Of a stretch of 32,000 nucleotides of DNA, positions 15,434 to 24,479 are shown piece by piece. Within the stretch, counting starts at the first letter, position 1, and each line of letters opens with the position of its first letter. This DNA is from Opitutia bacterium KCR 482 (GTDB lineage Bacteria; Verrucomicrobiota; Verrucomicrobiia; Opitutales; Intestinicryptomonadaceae). The stretch covers positions 720,001 to 752,000 of the forward strand of contig CP149973.1 of the NCBI GenBank assembly GCA_029269845.2, given 5' to 3'. The notes under the pieces were generated by a model that made no database searches, was not told where the DNA came from, and saw nothing but the letters and a program-made list of their open reading frames with translations. Position numbers and translations under genes: made by a program.

Positions 15434-17011
15434 ATGATAGGGTTTTCAAATTTAAACAGTCTGATTTCATTGTGCGGCGCAAGAAGCCGCTTCGGCTCGC
15501 TCTCTTTCGCGCAGCAGGAGGGCGGTCTTCCCGCGTACACGGCGGGCGACCTCGCAAAGGCGGTCGGCGCGCTTAAAATCACGGGCGACAAAACCGCCGA
15601 AATCAAAATGCTCATTGCCGACAGCAGGCGCGTTGTGCCCAACACGGCGTTCTTCGCTGTAAAGGGTCTGCACACCGACGGCAACATCTATGTCGAAGAG
15701 GCGGCGCACAGGGGCGCGGTCGCGGTGGTCTCGGAAGAGCCGGCGCCGAAAGTATTTCCCGCGGCGTGGATTCAGGTTGCCGACATAGCGGAGGCTACCG
15801 CGGCGGCGGCCAAAAGCTTTTACGGAAACGCCGACGGACTCCTCGAAACTTTCGCGATTACGGGCACGAACGGCAAGACGAGCGTCAGCTGGATGCTTCA
15901 AAAAATGCTCGACGGCGCGGGTTCGAAATGCGGGCTTGTGGGAACTATCCACTACGACCTCGGCGGCAGGTGCCTGCCCGCCGCGCGGACGACTCCCGAA
16001 GCGTTGGAGCTTCACGCAATGCTAAGCCAAATGCGCTACGCAGGGTGCTCGGCGGTGGCGATGGAATTCAGCTCGCACGCGATAGAGCAGAAGCGCGTAA
16101 AGGGAATCGCCGTAGACTGCGCGTGCTTCCTCAACCTCACGCAGGACCACTTGGACTACCACAAGACGATGGAGTCGTACTTCGAGGTGAAGGCGTCGCT
16201 GTTCACGGGCGCGCTCGGCAAAAAGCCGAAGGCTGCGGTAGTCAATTTCGACGACCCGCGCGGCAGGGAAATCGCCGCAAGGCTCTCGCCCGAAACGAAG
16301 CTCGTGTCGTTTGCGGTTGACGCCGAAGACGCGGTTGTCCGCGCGAAAGACGTAAACATGCTTCCGCAGAAGTCGGAGTTCACGCTCGTGTGGCCCGACG
16401 GCGAAGTCCGCACGACGGTCAACATGCCGGGGCACTACAACGTCTCGAACGCGCTCGCGGCTCTTGCGGCGATTTACGCTTCGGGGCGCGACGTCGCGGC
16501 GGCTGCGAAAACCCTCCAAAACTTTTCGGGCGTCCCCGGCCGAATGGAGAAAGTCAAAAGCCCCGCTAAGTTCGATATTTTCGTGGACTACGCCCACACC
16601 GACGACGCCCTCAAAAACGGGCTTTCGATGCTGAGAAAAGTCGCAAAGGGAAAGCTGCTTGTTGTCTTCGGCTGCGGCGGCAGGCGCGACAAAACAAAAC
16701 GCCCCAAGATGACGCGCGTCGTCCAGCAGTACGCCGACTTCGCGTGGGCGACTTCCGACAACCCCCGCGGAGAGGACGTCAAGGCGATTTTCGAGGACAT
16801 GAAAACGGGCGTCTCCGACGCTTCGAAAATCGAATTCGTGGAGGACAGGCGAAGGGCGATAAACCTCGCAATCGACGCCGCCTCCGACGGCGACTGCATT
16901 CTCATTGCGGGCAAGGGGCACGAAACTTTCCAGGAACTCGGCGACACAATCATTCCCTTCGACGACAAGCGCGTCGCGGAGGAGCTTTTGAAGCTCAAAG
17001 GACTTTCATAA
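15434..17011 (+). CDS. murE: UDP-MurNAc-L-Ala-D-Glu:meso-diaminopimelate ligase
   Basis: The track start at 15413 is a TTG overlapping the ftsI end. The first ATG is at 15434 (MIGFSNLN...). It has GTNGKTS (P-loop) and a DNPR motif (TSDNPRGED) typical of mDAP-adding MurE. Confidence 0.9.
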   Translation: MIGFSNLNSLISLCGARSRFGSLSFAQQEGGLPAYTAGDLAKAVGALKITGDKTAEIKMLIADSRRVVPNTAFFAVKGLHTDGNIYVEEAAHRGAVAVVSEEPAPKVFPAAWIQVADIAEATAAAAKSFYGNADGLLETFAITGTNGKTSVSWMLQKMLDGAGSKCGLVGTIHYDLGGRCLPAARTTPEALELHAMLSQMRYAGCSAVAMEFSSHAIEQKRVKGIAVDCACFLNLTQDHLDYHKTMESYFEVKASLFTGALGKKPKAAVVNFDDPRGREIAARLSPETKLVSFAVDAEDAVVRAKDVNMLPQKSEFTLVWPDGEVRTTVNMPGHYNVSNALAALAAIYASGRDVAAAAKTLQNFSGVPGRMEKVKSPAKFDIFVDYAHTDDALKNGLSMLRKVAKGKLLVVFGCGGRRDKTKRPKMTRVVQQYADFAWATSDNPRGEDVKAIFEDMKTGVSDASKIEFVEDRRRAINLAIDAASDGDCILIAGKGHETFQELGDTIIPFDDKRVAEELLKLKGLS

Positions 17012-17038
17012 ACACAAACACCAAACATTACAAACGAC

Positions 17039-18643
17039 ATGCCTTTCTTTAAAGCAGACGATTTACAAGCGTGGACGGGCGGCAAATGGTCGAAGCTCGA
17101 CCCTTCCCGCAAACCCGAAATACGCGGATTTTCAAACGACAGCAGAAACATCGGCAAAGACTTCGCTTTCGTGGCAATCAAGGCGGAGCGCGACGGGCAC
17201 GACTTCGCCGCCGCCGCCGCCGCCAACGGCGCAACAGCAATCATCGCCGAGCGCGAGCTTGACGTCGAAATTCCGACGCTCGTCGTAAAGGACTCCCTCA
17301 AAGCCTTTCAGCGCATAGCAAAAATGCACAGACTGCGCTTCGAACACCCCGTCGTTGGAATAACGGGCTCGTGCGGCAAGACCTCCACAAAGGAAATGCT
17401 CGCAAAGCTCACGGCGTGGAAAAACCCGCTCATAACCGAAAAGAATTTCAACAACGAAATCGGCGTGCCGCTTACGCTCACCCGCATAGACCTGCGCCAA
17501 AATCAGCTTGCAATCGTCGAGGCGGGCGTGGGCGCGCCCGACCAAATGCGCGAGCTTGCCACCATGATTGAACCCGACATCGCAATAATCACAAACGTCG
17601 GGCTTTCGCACCTCGAAAGGTTCGAGCAGGTCGGGAACGTCGCCAAGGAAAAGGCGGTTCTGCCCGCGCACGCCGCAGACGGCGGCTGGTGTCTGATGCA
17701 CCACAACCTGCTCGGCTGGAAGGCGTTTGACGAGCTTAAATGCAAAAAGGCGATAGTCGCCCCCGCCGATGCCCCCGAATTCAAGGCGGACCTCGTTTTC
17801 AGATACGCCGTTTCCGACATCGAAAACGACTTCGCGGCAATCGACATGTGCATTGAAGGCGGCGACGAATACTATTTCGAAGTTCCGCAAATGACAAAGG
17901 GCATGCTCGAAAACGCCCTCCTTGCCATAGCCGCAACTCTCATGCTCGGCGGGCGCGAAGAGCAGATGGCGCAGACGCTCGAAGGCTTTGCGCCGCTTCC
18001 CATGCGCGGCGGAATAGTCGAAACCGACGCCGCAAAATACTACCTCGACTGCTACAACGCCTCGCCCACGTCGATGAAAGACGCCCTTGCGCGCTTCGCA
18101 AAAATTTCGGAGTCCGCCGAAAAACGCGCGTACGTTTTGGGAACGATGGCGGAGCTTGGGCTTGCCTCGCACCCGCACCACAAGGACATCGGCGCGCACA
18201 TTCAGCCCTACTCGAACGACGTCGCAGTGCTCGTCGGCGCGTTCGCGGACGTCTACAAAACGGGGCTTCTCGAAAACGGCTGGGACGAAAAGAACATATT
18301 TGTGTTCGACACCGCCGAAGCCGCAAAGGCGAAAGTCGCCGAGCTAGGCGGATTCGTGTTCGTAAAGGGAAGCCGCGTGTGCGCCCTCGAAAAGGCTCTG
18401 CCCGACGCCGTGCTCGAAAAGCTTTCCGCAGCCCCCGCCAAGCGCGGCGAACCCGAAGAAGAACCCGAAGAAGAAACGCCCGCCGCCCCCGCAAACGAAG
18501 TCGTGGAATCGGACGGCGGCGAAGACATTGAAGACGAAGACTCGGACGAATTTGAAGATGCCGACGACGGCGTAGACGACGGCGGCGAAGACTCAGAAGA
18601 TTTCGAAGAAGAAGACGACGAGGACGAAAGGGAGAGAATATAA
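17039..18643 (+). CDS. murF: UDP-MurNAc-tripeptide:D-Ala-D-Ala ligase with a ~70-aa poly-acidic C-terminal extension
   Basis: GSCGKTSTKEM P-loop, NFNNEIGVPLT, YNASP and FVKGSR. The Mur ligase body ends at about residue 460. It is followed by ...EPEEEPEEETPAAPANEVVESDGGEDIEDEDSDEFEDADDGVDDGGEDSEDFEEEDDEDERERI. The stop codon overlaps the mraY ATG (TAATG). Confidence 0.9.
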   Translation: MPFFKADDLQAWTGGKWSKLDPSRKPEIRGFSNDSRNIGKDFAFVAIKAERDGHDFAAAAAANGATAIIAERELDVEIPTLVVKDSLKAFQRIAKMHRLRFEHPVVGITGSCGKTSTKEMLAKLTAWKNPLITEKNFNNEIGVPLTLTRIDLRQNQLAIVEAGVGAPDQMRELATMIEPDIAIITNVGLSHLERFEQVGNVAKEKAVLPAHAADGGWCLMHHNLLGWKAFDELKCKKAIVAPADAPEFKADLVFRYAVSDIENDFAAIDMCIEGGDEYYFEVPQMTKGMLENALLAIAATLMLGGREEQMAQTLEGFAPLPMRGGIVETDAAKYYLDCYNASPTSMKDALARFAKISESAEKRAYVLGTMAELGLASHPHHKDIGAHIQPYSNDVAVLVGAFADVYKTGLLENGWDEKNIFVFDTAEAAKAKVAELGGFVFVKGSRVCALEKALPDAVLEKLSAAPAKRGEPEEEPEEETPAAPANEVVESDGGEDIEDEDSDEFEDADDGVDDGGEDSEDFEEEDDEDERERI

Positions 18644-19743
18644 TGTTTTTCGAAATCGCAAATCTCGAAGACTTTTTCGGCCCGCTGCGCCTTTTCAGAT
18701 ACCTGACATTCAGGTGCGGCTGCGCGTTGGCGTTTTCGTTTTTTCTGGGAATCGTAATCGCGCCGCGAATCATTGCGACCCTCCGCAGAATAAAATTCGG
18801 GCAGAGTTTCAGAACCGCCGAGGAAGTCGGCAAGCTCGCAGAGCTTCACAGCGGCAAAAAGGGAACGCCCGCAATGGGCGGGCTTATCATCTACGCAAGC
18901 CTGACTTCGGCGACTCTGCTTTTTGCAAAGTTCAACCTGCTTGTCTTCAATGCGCTCTTTGTGTACACCGCGCTTACGGCTCTCGGCTTCGCGGACGACT
19001 ACCTGAAAATCGTCAAAAAAAACAGCAGGGGAGTGTCGGGAAAAATCAAGCTTTCGGTGCAGGTCGCGGTGTCGCTCGCCGCGCTCTCGATTCTCTATTT
19101 CTCGAAAGACTACGGCTCAATCATGCGCGAGCTTTGGATTCCGTTCCTCAAATATCCGCTGATTGCCTCAATGCCGTTCTGGTTCGCGTTCGTGTTCATG
19201 TTCCTCGTCATCGGAGGGTCGAGCAACGCGCTCAACCTCACGGACGGAGTCGACGGGCTTGCGATAGGCTGCACGGTTTCGGTGGCTGTGGCGTACGCGG
19301 TGTTCTCGTACGTAGCGGGGAACACGATTGCATCGGAATACCTCTTTTTAAGATACATTCCCGACTGCGGCGAACTTACCGTAGTCTGCTGCGCGCTTCT
19401 GGGCGCGTCGCTCGCGTTCCTCTGGTACAACGCGCACCCCGCCGAAGTCTTCATGGGCGACACGGGCTCGCTCGCGCTCGGAGGGCTTGTGGGGATAGTC
19501 GCGTTCATGTCGCAACAGCCCGCGACGCTCGTTCTGGTAGGCGGCATTTTCGTGATGGAGGCGGTATCGGTCATTTTGCAGGTGGCGTCGTACAAAACCA
19601 CGAAGAAAAGAATTTTCAGAATGGCTCCCATTCACCACCACTTCGAGCTGAAAGGCTGGGCGGAGACAAAGGTGGTAATCAGGTTCTGGATAATTTCGCT
19701 GATTTTCGCGCTCGCGGGATTGGCGACTTTGAAGATAAGATAA
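18643..19743 (+). CDS. mraY: phospho-N-acetylmuramoyl-pentapeptide transferase
   Basis: 366 aa polytopic membrane protein. Motifs: GFADDYLK, NLTDGVDGLA, FMGDTGSLALGG and PIHHHFE. Confidence 0.93.
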   Translation: MFFEIANLEDFFGPLRLFRYLTFRCGCALAFSFFLGIVIAPRIIATLRRIKFGQSFRTAEEVGKLAELHSGKKGTPAMGGLIIYASLTSATLLFAKFNLLVFNALFVYTALTALGFADDYLKIVKKNSRGVSGKIKLSVQVAVSLAALSILYFSKDYGSIMRELWIPFLKYPLIASMPFWFAFVFMFLVIGGSSNALNLTDGVDGLAIGCTVSVAVAYAVFSYVAGNTIASEYLFLRYIPDCGELTVVCCALLGASLAFLWYNAHPAEVFMGDTGSLALGGLVGIVAFMSQQPATLVLVGGIFVMEAVSVILQVASYKTTKKRIFRMAPIHHHFELKGWAETKVVIRFWIISLIFALAGLATLKIR

Positions 19744-21032
19744 TGTCGGACAAAATCGCACAACTTGCCGGTGGCAAACCCGTCGCGATTTTCGGGACGG
19801 GCGCAAGCGGAACCGCCGCGAAAAAACTGCTCGACTCGCTCGGAATCGCGTCGGTTTTCTACGCGGAGACTTCGGCGAAAAAGCCCGCATCGGGCGACGC
19901 CTCCGCCGTGCGCGAATTTTCCGCCGACGCCGCAAAACGCCACGCCCTCGCCGTGTACTCGCCCGCATTCCGCCCCGACCACAAATGGATTGAAACCGCC
20001 CGCAACGCGGGGGCAACGGCAATCTGCGAGCCCGACCTCTCCGCCCTTGCGTGGAGCGGCTCGACAATCGCAATCACGGGCACGAACGGCAAGACAACGC
20101 TGACTTCGTTCATCACGCACGCGCTAAACATCGCGGGCTGCGATGCGTTTTCGGCGGGCAACATAGGCGCGCCCCTTAGCGCGTTCTGCCCCGAATACGG
20201 GCGCGACCCCCAAAAAACCGCAGTCTGCGAGCTTAGCAGTTTCCAGACCTCCAACCTGCAATTCCTGCGCCCCGACTTCCTGCTGTGGACGAATTTTGCG
20301 CCCGACCACCTCGACTGGCACAAAGACATGGAGGAATATTTCCGCGCAAAATTCAATTTGGTAAGCGCAACAAAGGGCGGAATAGTCGTCGGAAGCAGCG
20401 TGGCCGACGCCGCGCGCGAATACGGCGCAAAACTTCCCGACGCGGCGGTCGTAATCGACGAATCCGCAACGCGCTCCGCCCCGCCGCCGTTCGACAGCTC
20501 CATACAGGCGCGGAATTTCGCGATGGCGGTCGAATTCGGAAAGCTTTTCGGACTGGACAAAAACGCGTTCGAAAAGGCGGCAAAAACTTTCAATCTGCCC
20601 GCGTTCAGATTTTCGAAGCCGATTGAAGTCGGCGGAGTGCGCTTCTACAACGACTCGAAAGCCACAAACATACACGCCGCCCTCGCCGCCCTCGAAGAGC
20701 TTAAAGGCGAAAAGAACCTCGTTTGGCTCGGCGGCGGCAAGGACAAGCTTTGCGACCTCAAACCGTTGACCGACGCCGTGAACAAACGCGCAAAGGCGGC
20801 GGTGCTCATCGGGCAGACCGCGCGGAAGCTCGCCGACGGGCTTGAAATCCCCGCGTTCGTGTGCGAATCGATGGCAGAGGCGGTAAAAAGATCGTACGAA
20901 CTCGCGGACGGAAACGCCGCGGTGCTGTTCAGCCCCGCGTTTTCGAGCTTCGGAATGTTTTCGGGCTACGTCGAGAGGGGAAAATCTTTCGAAAACGAAG
21001 TTTTGTGTTTGAAGAATTTAAATAAAATGTAA
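19743..21032 (+). CDS. murD: UDP-MurNAc-L-Ala:D-Glu ligase
   Basis: In frame with track ORF 18714..21032, but the real start is the ATG at 19743 (MSDKIAQLAGGKPVAIFGTGASG...), which overlaps the mraY stop (TAATG). It has the GTNGKTT P-loop and DSKATN. 429 aa. Confidence 0.88.
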   Translation: MSDKIAQLAGGKPVAIFGTGASGTAAKKLLDSLGIASVFYAETSAKKPASGDASAVREFSADAAKRHALAVYSPAFRPDHKWIETARNAGATAICEPDLSALAWSGSTIAITGTNGKTTLTSFITHALNIAGCDAFSAGNIGAPLSAFCPEYGRDPQKTAVCELSSFQTSNLQFLRPDFLLWTNFAPDHLDWHKDMEEYFRAKFNLVSATKGGIVVGSSVADAAREYGAKLPDAAVVIDESATRSAPPPFDSSIQARNFAMAVEFGKLFGLDKNAFEKAAKTFNLPAFRFSKPIEVGGVRFYNDSKATNIHAALAALEELKGEKNLVWLGGGKDKLCDLKPLTDAVNKRAKAAVLIGQTARKLADGLEIPAFVCESMAEAVKRSYELADGNAAVLFSPAFSSFGMFSGYVERGKSFENEVLCLKNLNKM

Positions 21033-21063
21033 AGATAAAGGGTAAACAAAGGGGTATCAGAAT

Positions 21064-22248
21064 ATGAAAAAATCCGTTGCAATAACGACAATCATCGCTT
21101 TCCACGCCGTGCTCATCGGCGGAATGTTAATACAGGCGGGCTGCAGCTCCGAACCGGAAGCCCAGCCCCAAAAGGCGCAATCGACGGTCGAGGAAATCAA
21201 CCCGTCGCAGAAGGACGAATCTACCGTAGCAACCGAACAGCCCGTCGCGGAAACGCCCGCGGAACAGGCAAAAGAGGTTATCCCGCCCGAAGGCAGCCCC
21301 GCGCTCAGAGCCGCGCCCACGCGCCCCGCGTGGAACATGTCCGGCTCAAAATCGGAAGAACTTGTGCCCGCCGAACAGCCCAAGAAAAGCGGCGGCGACA
21401 CGCTCGCGCCCATGGCGCCCGCAAAACCCGCAGGCGGCGCAACGTACATCGTGCAAAAGGGAGACTCCCTCGCGAAAATCGCAAAAAAGCACAATGTCTC
21501 GCTCGAAAAGCTCCTTAAACTCAACGGAATGAACCGCGCGACGATTATCAAAGTAGGACAGGAAATCGCCCTGCCCGAACCCACTCCCGAAGCGGAAGTC
21601 GTCCCCGCAAAGCCCGCCGCGCCGCAAATCGAATCTGCGGTCGAAACCGACGAACTTACGGTCTACATCGTCAAGAAGGGAGACTCGCTCGGAAGAATCG
21701 CCCGCAAGCACAAGACGACTGTCAAACATTTGATGGACATCAACGGGCTTAAAAACCACAACATCAAAATCGGGCAGAAGCTCAACGTCTCGAAGAAAGG
21801 CGCGGCGGCGGCAAAACAGTCCGAAACAAAGAAAGCGGTCGTCCTCGCGGGCGGCGAACTTGAATATGTGGTGAAAAGCGGCGACACGCTCGGCGGAATC
21901 GCGCACAGACACGGCACTTCGGTCAAGGCGATAATGGAAAGAAACTCCATTAAGGACGCCCGCAAATTGAGGGTCGGACAGAAGCTCGTAATCGTCTCCA
22001 AAAAGGCGGTTGCGAAAGCCGAAAAGAAACAGGAGGCAAAGCCCGAACAGCCGAAGGCTGAAACGAAGTCCGAACCGCAAATCACGGTTGTGGGCGACGC
22101 AAACGCAAAGACGGAATCGGCGGCTTCGCAAGCGCCCGTTGTTGCTCCCGCGGCAGCTCCCGCCGCCCCCGCAACGCCCGCGCCTGCGGTAGCCCCCGAA
22201 GCCGCGCCCGCCTCCCAGCAGACAGAACTTCCCGTAACGGAACTCTAA
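21064..22248 (+). CDS. membrane-anchored or lipoprotein-like protein with three LysM peptidoglycan-binding repeats
   Basis: The N-terminus MKKSVAITTIIAFHAVLIGGMLIQAGCSS is a signal/anchor with a possible but atypical lipobox (QAGC). A Pro/Glu/Ala-rich linker follows. The three LysM units are YIVQKGDSLAKIAKKHNVSLEKLLKLNGM...VGQEIALP, YIVKKGDSLGRIARKHKTTVKHLMDINGL...IGQKLNV and YVVKSGDTLGGIAHRHGTSVKAIMERNSI...VGQKLVI. The C-terminal tail is Ala/Pro-rich. Confidence 0.85.
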   Translation: MKKSVAITTIIAFHAVLIGGMLIQAGCSSEPEAQPQKAQSTVEEINPSQKDESTVATEQPVAETPAEQAKEVIPPEGSPALRAAPTRPAWNMSGSKSEELVPAEQPKKSGGDTLAPMAPAKPAGGATYIVQKGDSLAKIAKKHNVSLEKLLKLNGMNRATIIKVGQEIALPEPTPEAEVVPAKPAAPQIESAVETDELTVYIVKKGDSLGRIARKHKTTVKHLMDINGLKNHNIKIGQKLNVSKKGAAAAKQSETKKAVVLAGGELEYVVKSGDTLGGIAHRHGTSVKAIMERNSIKDARKLRVGQKLVIVSKKAVAKAEKKQEAKPEQPKAETKSEPQITVVGDANAKTESAASQAPVVAPAAAPAAPATPAPAVAPEAAPASQQTELPVTEL

Positions 22249-22263
22249 CCGGCACTGTCGGAC

Positions 22264-23391
22264 ATGCCCGCTAAAATCGAAAAGTCGGGTCTGTTTGGCG
22301 CGTGGATTCCGATACTTCTGCCCGCAGTTTTTCTGACATCGCTCGGACTGCTGATTCTGGTCAGCGCGGGCGCGGGAGGAGACGACCCCTACGCCATTTT
22401 CCGCAAACAGGCCATGTGGCTTTTTATCGCACTCGCCGCAGGATTCTTTGCGGCGTTTGTCGATTTAAAGTTCCTCAAAAAAATAGCAGTGCCGTTCGCG
22501 GCGGTGTCGATGGTATTGCTCGTGCTCGCGGTATACTCGCCGCTCGCGAAGGAGGTCAACGGCTCGCACAGGTGGATTGACCTCAAAGTGTTCGCGATAC
22601 AGCCGAGCGACATCGCAAAATTCGCGTTCGTAATCTGGCTGTCGGCGTATTTGTACGACAACCAGCGGCGCATGAAGTCGTTTGTGCACGGGCTTGTGAA
22701 GCCGCTCTGCATTGTCGGCGCGTTCTGCGCGCTCATCATAATAGAGCCCGACTACGGCACGACGGCGGTTTTCGGCGCGATTGGCTTTATCCTGATTTTC
22801 CTTGCCGGCGCGCGCATTCTCTACATCGCGGCGATGGGGCTCCCCGTGCTTGCGGTGTTCTGCACGGCGGTGTACTTCAACCCCGTAAGACTCCAACGCG
22901 TGCTGAGCTTCCTCGACGTCGAGGGCACGAAAACGGAAGGCTCGTACCAGCTCTATCAGGCGATACTCGCGTTCGGGTCGGGGAAAATCACGGGCGTGGG
23001 AATCGGACAGGGACGCCAACAGCTGGCGTTTCTTCCCGAAGCGCATACCGACTTCGTTTTCGCGATTGTCGGCGAAGAGCTTGGGCTTGTGTTCACATGG
23101 CTGGTGGTTGCCATGTTCCTTTTTCTTTTCATCGTGGGAATATTAAATCTCAGGAAAGCTCCCAATCTCTACGAATTTTCGGTGGCGACAGGCGCGTTGC
23201 TGATGATTGTGGTGCAGGCGGTTTCCAACATGTGCGTCGTCACGGGGCTTATGCCGACAAAGGGGATATCGCTGCCGTTCATCAGCTACGGAGGGTCGAA
23301 CCTCGTCGCGATGTTCGCCTTTACGGGATTGCTTATAAACTGCGTGCGGAATTGGAGCAAACCCGCGCAAATAAGGGCAAGCGAACTATGA
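22264..23391 (+). CDS. ftsW: SEDS-family peptidoglycan glycosyltransferase FtsW
   Basis: 375 aa polytopic protein of the FtsW/RodA/SpoVE pattern (QPSDIAKF, EPDYGT, LPEAHTDFVFA, GISLPFISYGGSN). Canonical position before murG. Confidence 0.9.
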   Translation: MPAKIEKSGLFGAWIPILLPAVFLTSLGLLILVSAGAGGDDPYAIFRKQAMWLFIALAAGFFAAFVDLKFLKKIAVPFAAVSMVLLVLAVYSPLAKEVNGSHRWIDLKVFAIQPSDIAKFAFVIWLSAYLYDNQRRMKSFVHGLVKPLCIVGAFCALIIIEPDYGTTAVFGAIGFILIFLAGARILYIAAMGLPVLAVFCTAVYFNPVRLQRVLSFLDVEGTKTEGSYQLYQAILAFGSGKITGVGIGQGRQQLAFLPEAHTDFVFAIVGEELGLVFTWLVVAMFLFLFIVGILNLRKAPNLYEFSVATGALLMIVVQAVSNMCVVTGLMPTKGISLPFISYGGSNLVAMFAFTGLLINCVRNWSKPAQIRASEL

Positions 23392-24479
23392 GCAAATTCA
23401 TAATTTTGTGCGGCGGCACGGGCGGACATCTCGCCCCAGGGCTCGCCGTGGGACAGGCGTTGATCAAGGCGGGGCACGAAGCGAGCTTTGTGATAAGCCG
23501 CAAACAGGTCGATTCGCGCCTTGTTGCGAAGTATTCCGACCTCCACATTATCAAAGCCCCCGGAATGGCGTTTTCGAAAAACCCCGCCAAACTTTTGGCG
23601 TTTTTGAAGGAGCTGAAAAACGCGGTGCTGTTCGGCAAAAAAGTTCTCGAAGACGGAAAGTACGACGTCGTGATAAGCTTCGGCGGCTTCAACTCGCTGG
23701 GGGTGTCGCTCGCGGCGGCGTGGAAGGGAATCCCGATTGTTCTGCACGAGGCGAACCGCAAGGCGGGCAAGGCTACGCGCCTGCTCGGGCACTTCGCAAA
23801 ACGCATCTACGTTCCCTACGGCGTGCGCATTCCGCGCCGCAAGGCGGGACAGGTAAAACACGCGGGCTATCCCGTGCGCGACGAAATCAAGCTGCTCCCC
23901 GCGGAGGAATCGAAAGCGGCGTTCGGCTTTGCGGCAGAGGCAAACATTCTGCTCGTTCTGGGCGGCAGCCAGGGGGCGGCGGCTCTAAACGAATGGGCGA
24001 ACGCAAAATTCCAGAAGCTCGCCGACGCGGGAATCGACGTGCTTTGCGTCTGCGGCCCGGGGAAGGACAAGTTCGAAAACCGCGCAATCAAGGCGGCGGA
24101 CGGCAAAACGCGGCAGATTAAATTCCTCGAATTTTGCGACAACATGGCGGCGGCGATGTCGGCGTCGAAAGTAGTCGTGGCGCGGGCGGGCGCGGGAACA
24201 ATAGCGGAGCTTGCGCGGTGCAGGCTTCCGTCGGTCATCGTGCCCTACCCCTACGCCGCCGACAACCACCAGTTCGAAAACGCAAAATGCTTCGAGCGTC
24301 AGGGCGGTTGCGTGGTGCTCGAACAGCGCAACCTCCACAAACTCTTCGACGAAGTCCTCGAAATTTTCGGCAACGAAAAGCTCAAAGAAAACATGGAGAA
24401 AAACCTCGAACGCGTGGACGACCTCAACGATGCCTCGAAGATTGTTTCAGACCTCTCCGAAATAGCGCGCTCCGAATAA
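23388..24479 (+). CDS. murG: UDP-GlcNAc:lipid I GlcNAc transferase
   Basis: Inside track ORF 23097..24479. The start is the ATG at 23388 (MSKFIILCGGTGGHLAPGLAV...), with an ATGA overlap with ftsW. The protein also contains GGSQGA and ARAGAGTIAEL...PYPYAADNHQ.EN. Confidence 0.9.
   Translation: MSKFIILCGGTGGHLAPGLAVGQALIKAGHEASFVISRKQVDSRLVAKYSDLHIIKAPGMAFSKNPAKLLAFLKELKNAVLFGKKVLEDGKYDVVISFGGFNSLGVSLAAAWKGIPIVLHEANRKAGKATRLLGHFAKRIYVPYGVRIPRRKAGQVKHAGYPVRDEIKLLPAEESKAAFGFAAEANILLVLGGSQGAAALNEWANAKFQKLADAGIDVLCVCGPGKDKFENRAIKAADGKTRQIKFLEFCDNMAAAMSASKVVVARAGAGTIAELARCRLPSVIVPYPYAADNHQFENAKCFERQGGCVVLEQRNLHKLFDEVLEIFGNEKLKENMEKNLERVDDLNDASKIVSDLSEIARSE

Noticed and set aside
13414-15687. 757-aa ORF antisense to ftsI/murE. 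Similar long antisense or out-of-frame ORFs include 1491..2684, 6096..7430, 7404..8636, 9528..11126, 12120..12848, 16022..16921, 17132..18199, 17940..18833, 24299..25705, 26553..27536, 27278..28639, 28722..29990 and 30147..31175.
   Set aside because: The translations are Arg/Ala/Gly/Val-rich low-complexity strings with no motifs. Each lies fully inside or opposite a gene with strong family motifs. Stop-codon depletion in alternative frames is expected in GC-rich DNA.
18643-21032. Apparent 772-aa fusion ORF (18714..21032) that could be read as a MraY-overlapping MurD fusion
   Set aside because: The first 343 codons are an out-of-frame read through mraY (Arg-rich, no motifs). The genuine MurD N-terminus (MSDKIAQLAGGKPVAIFGTGASG) begins exactly at the TAATG junction with mraY.
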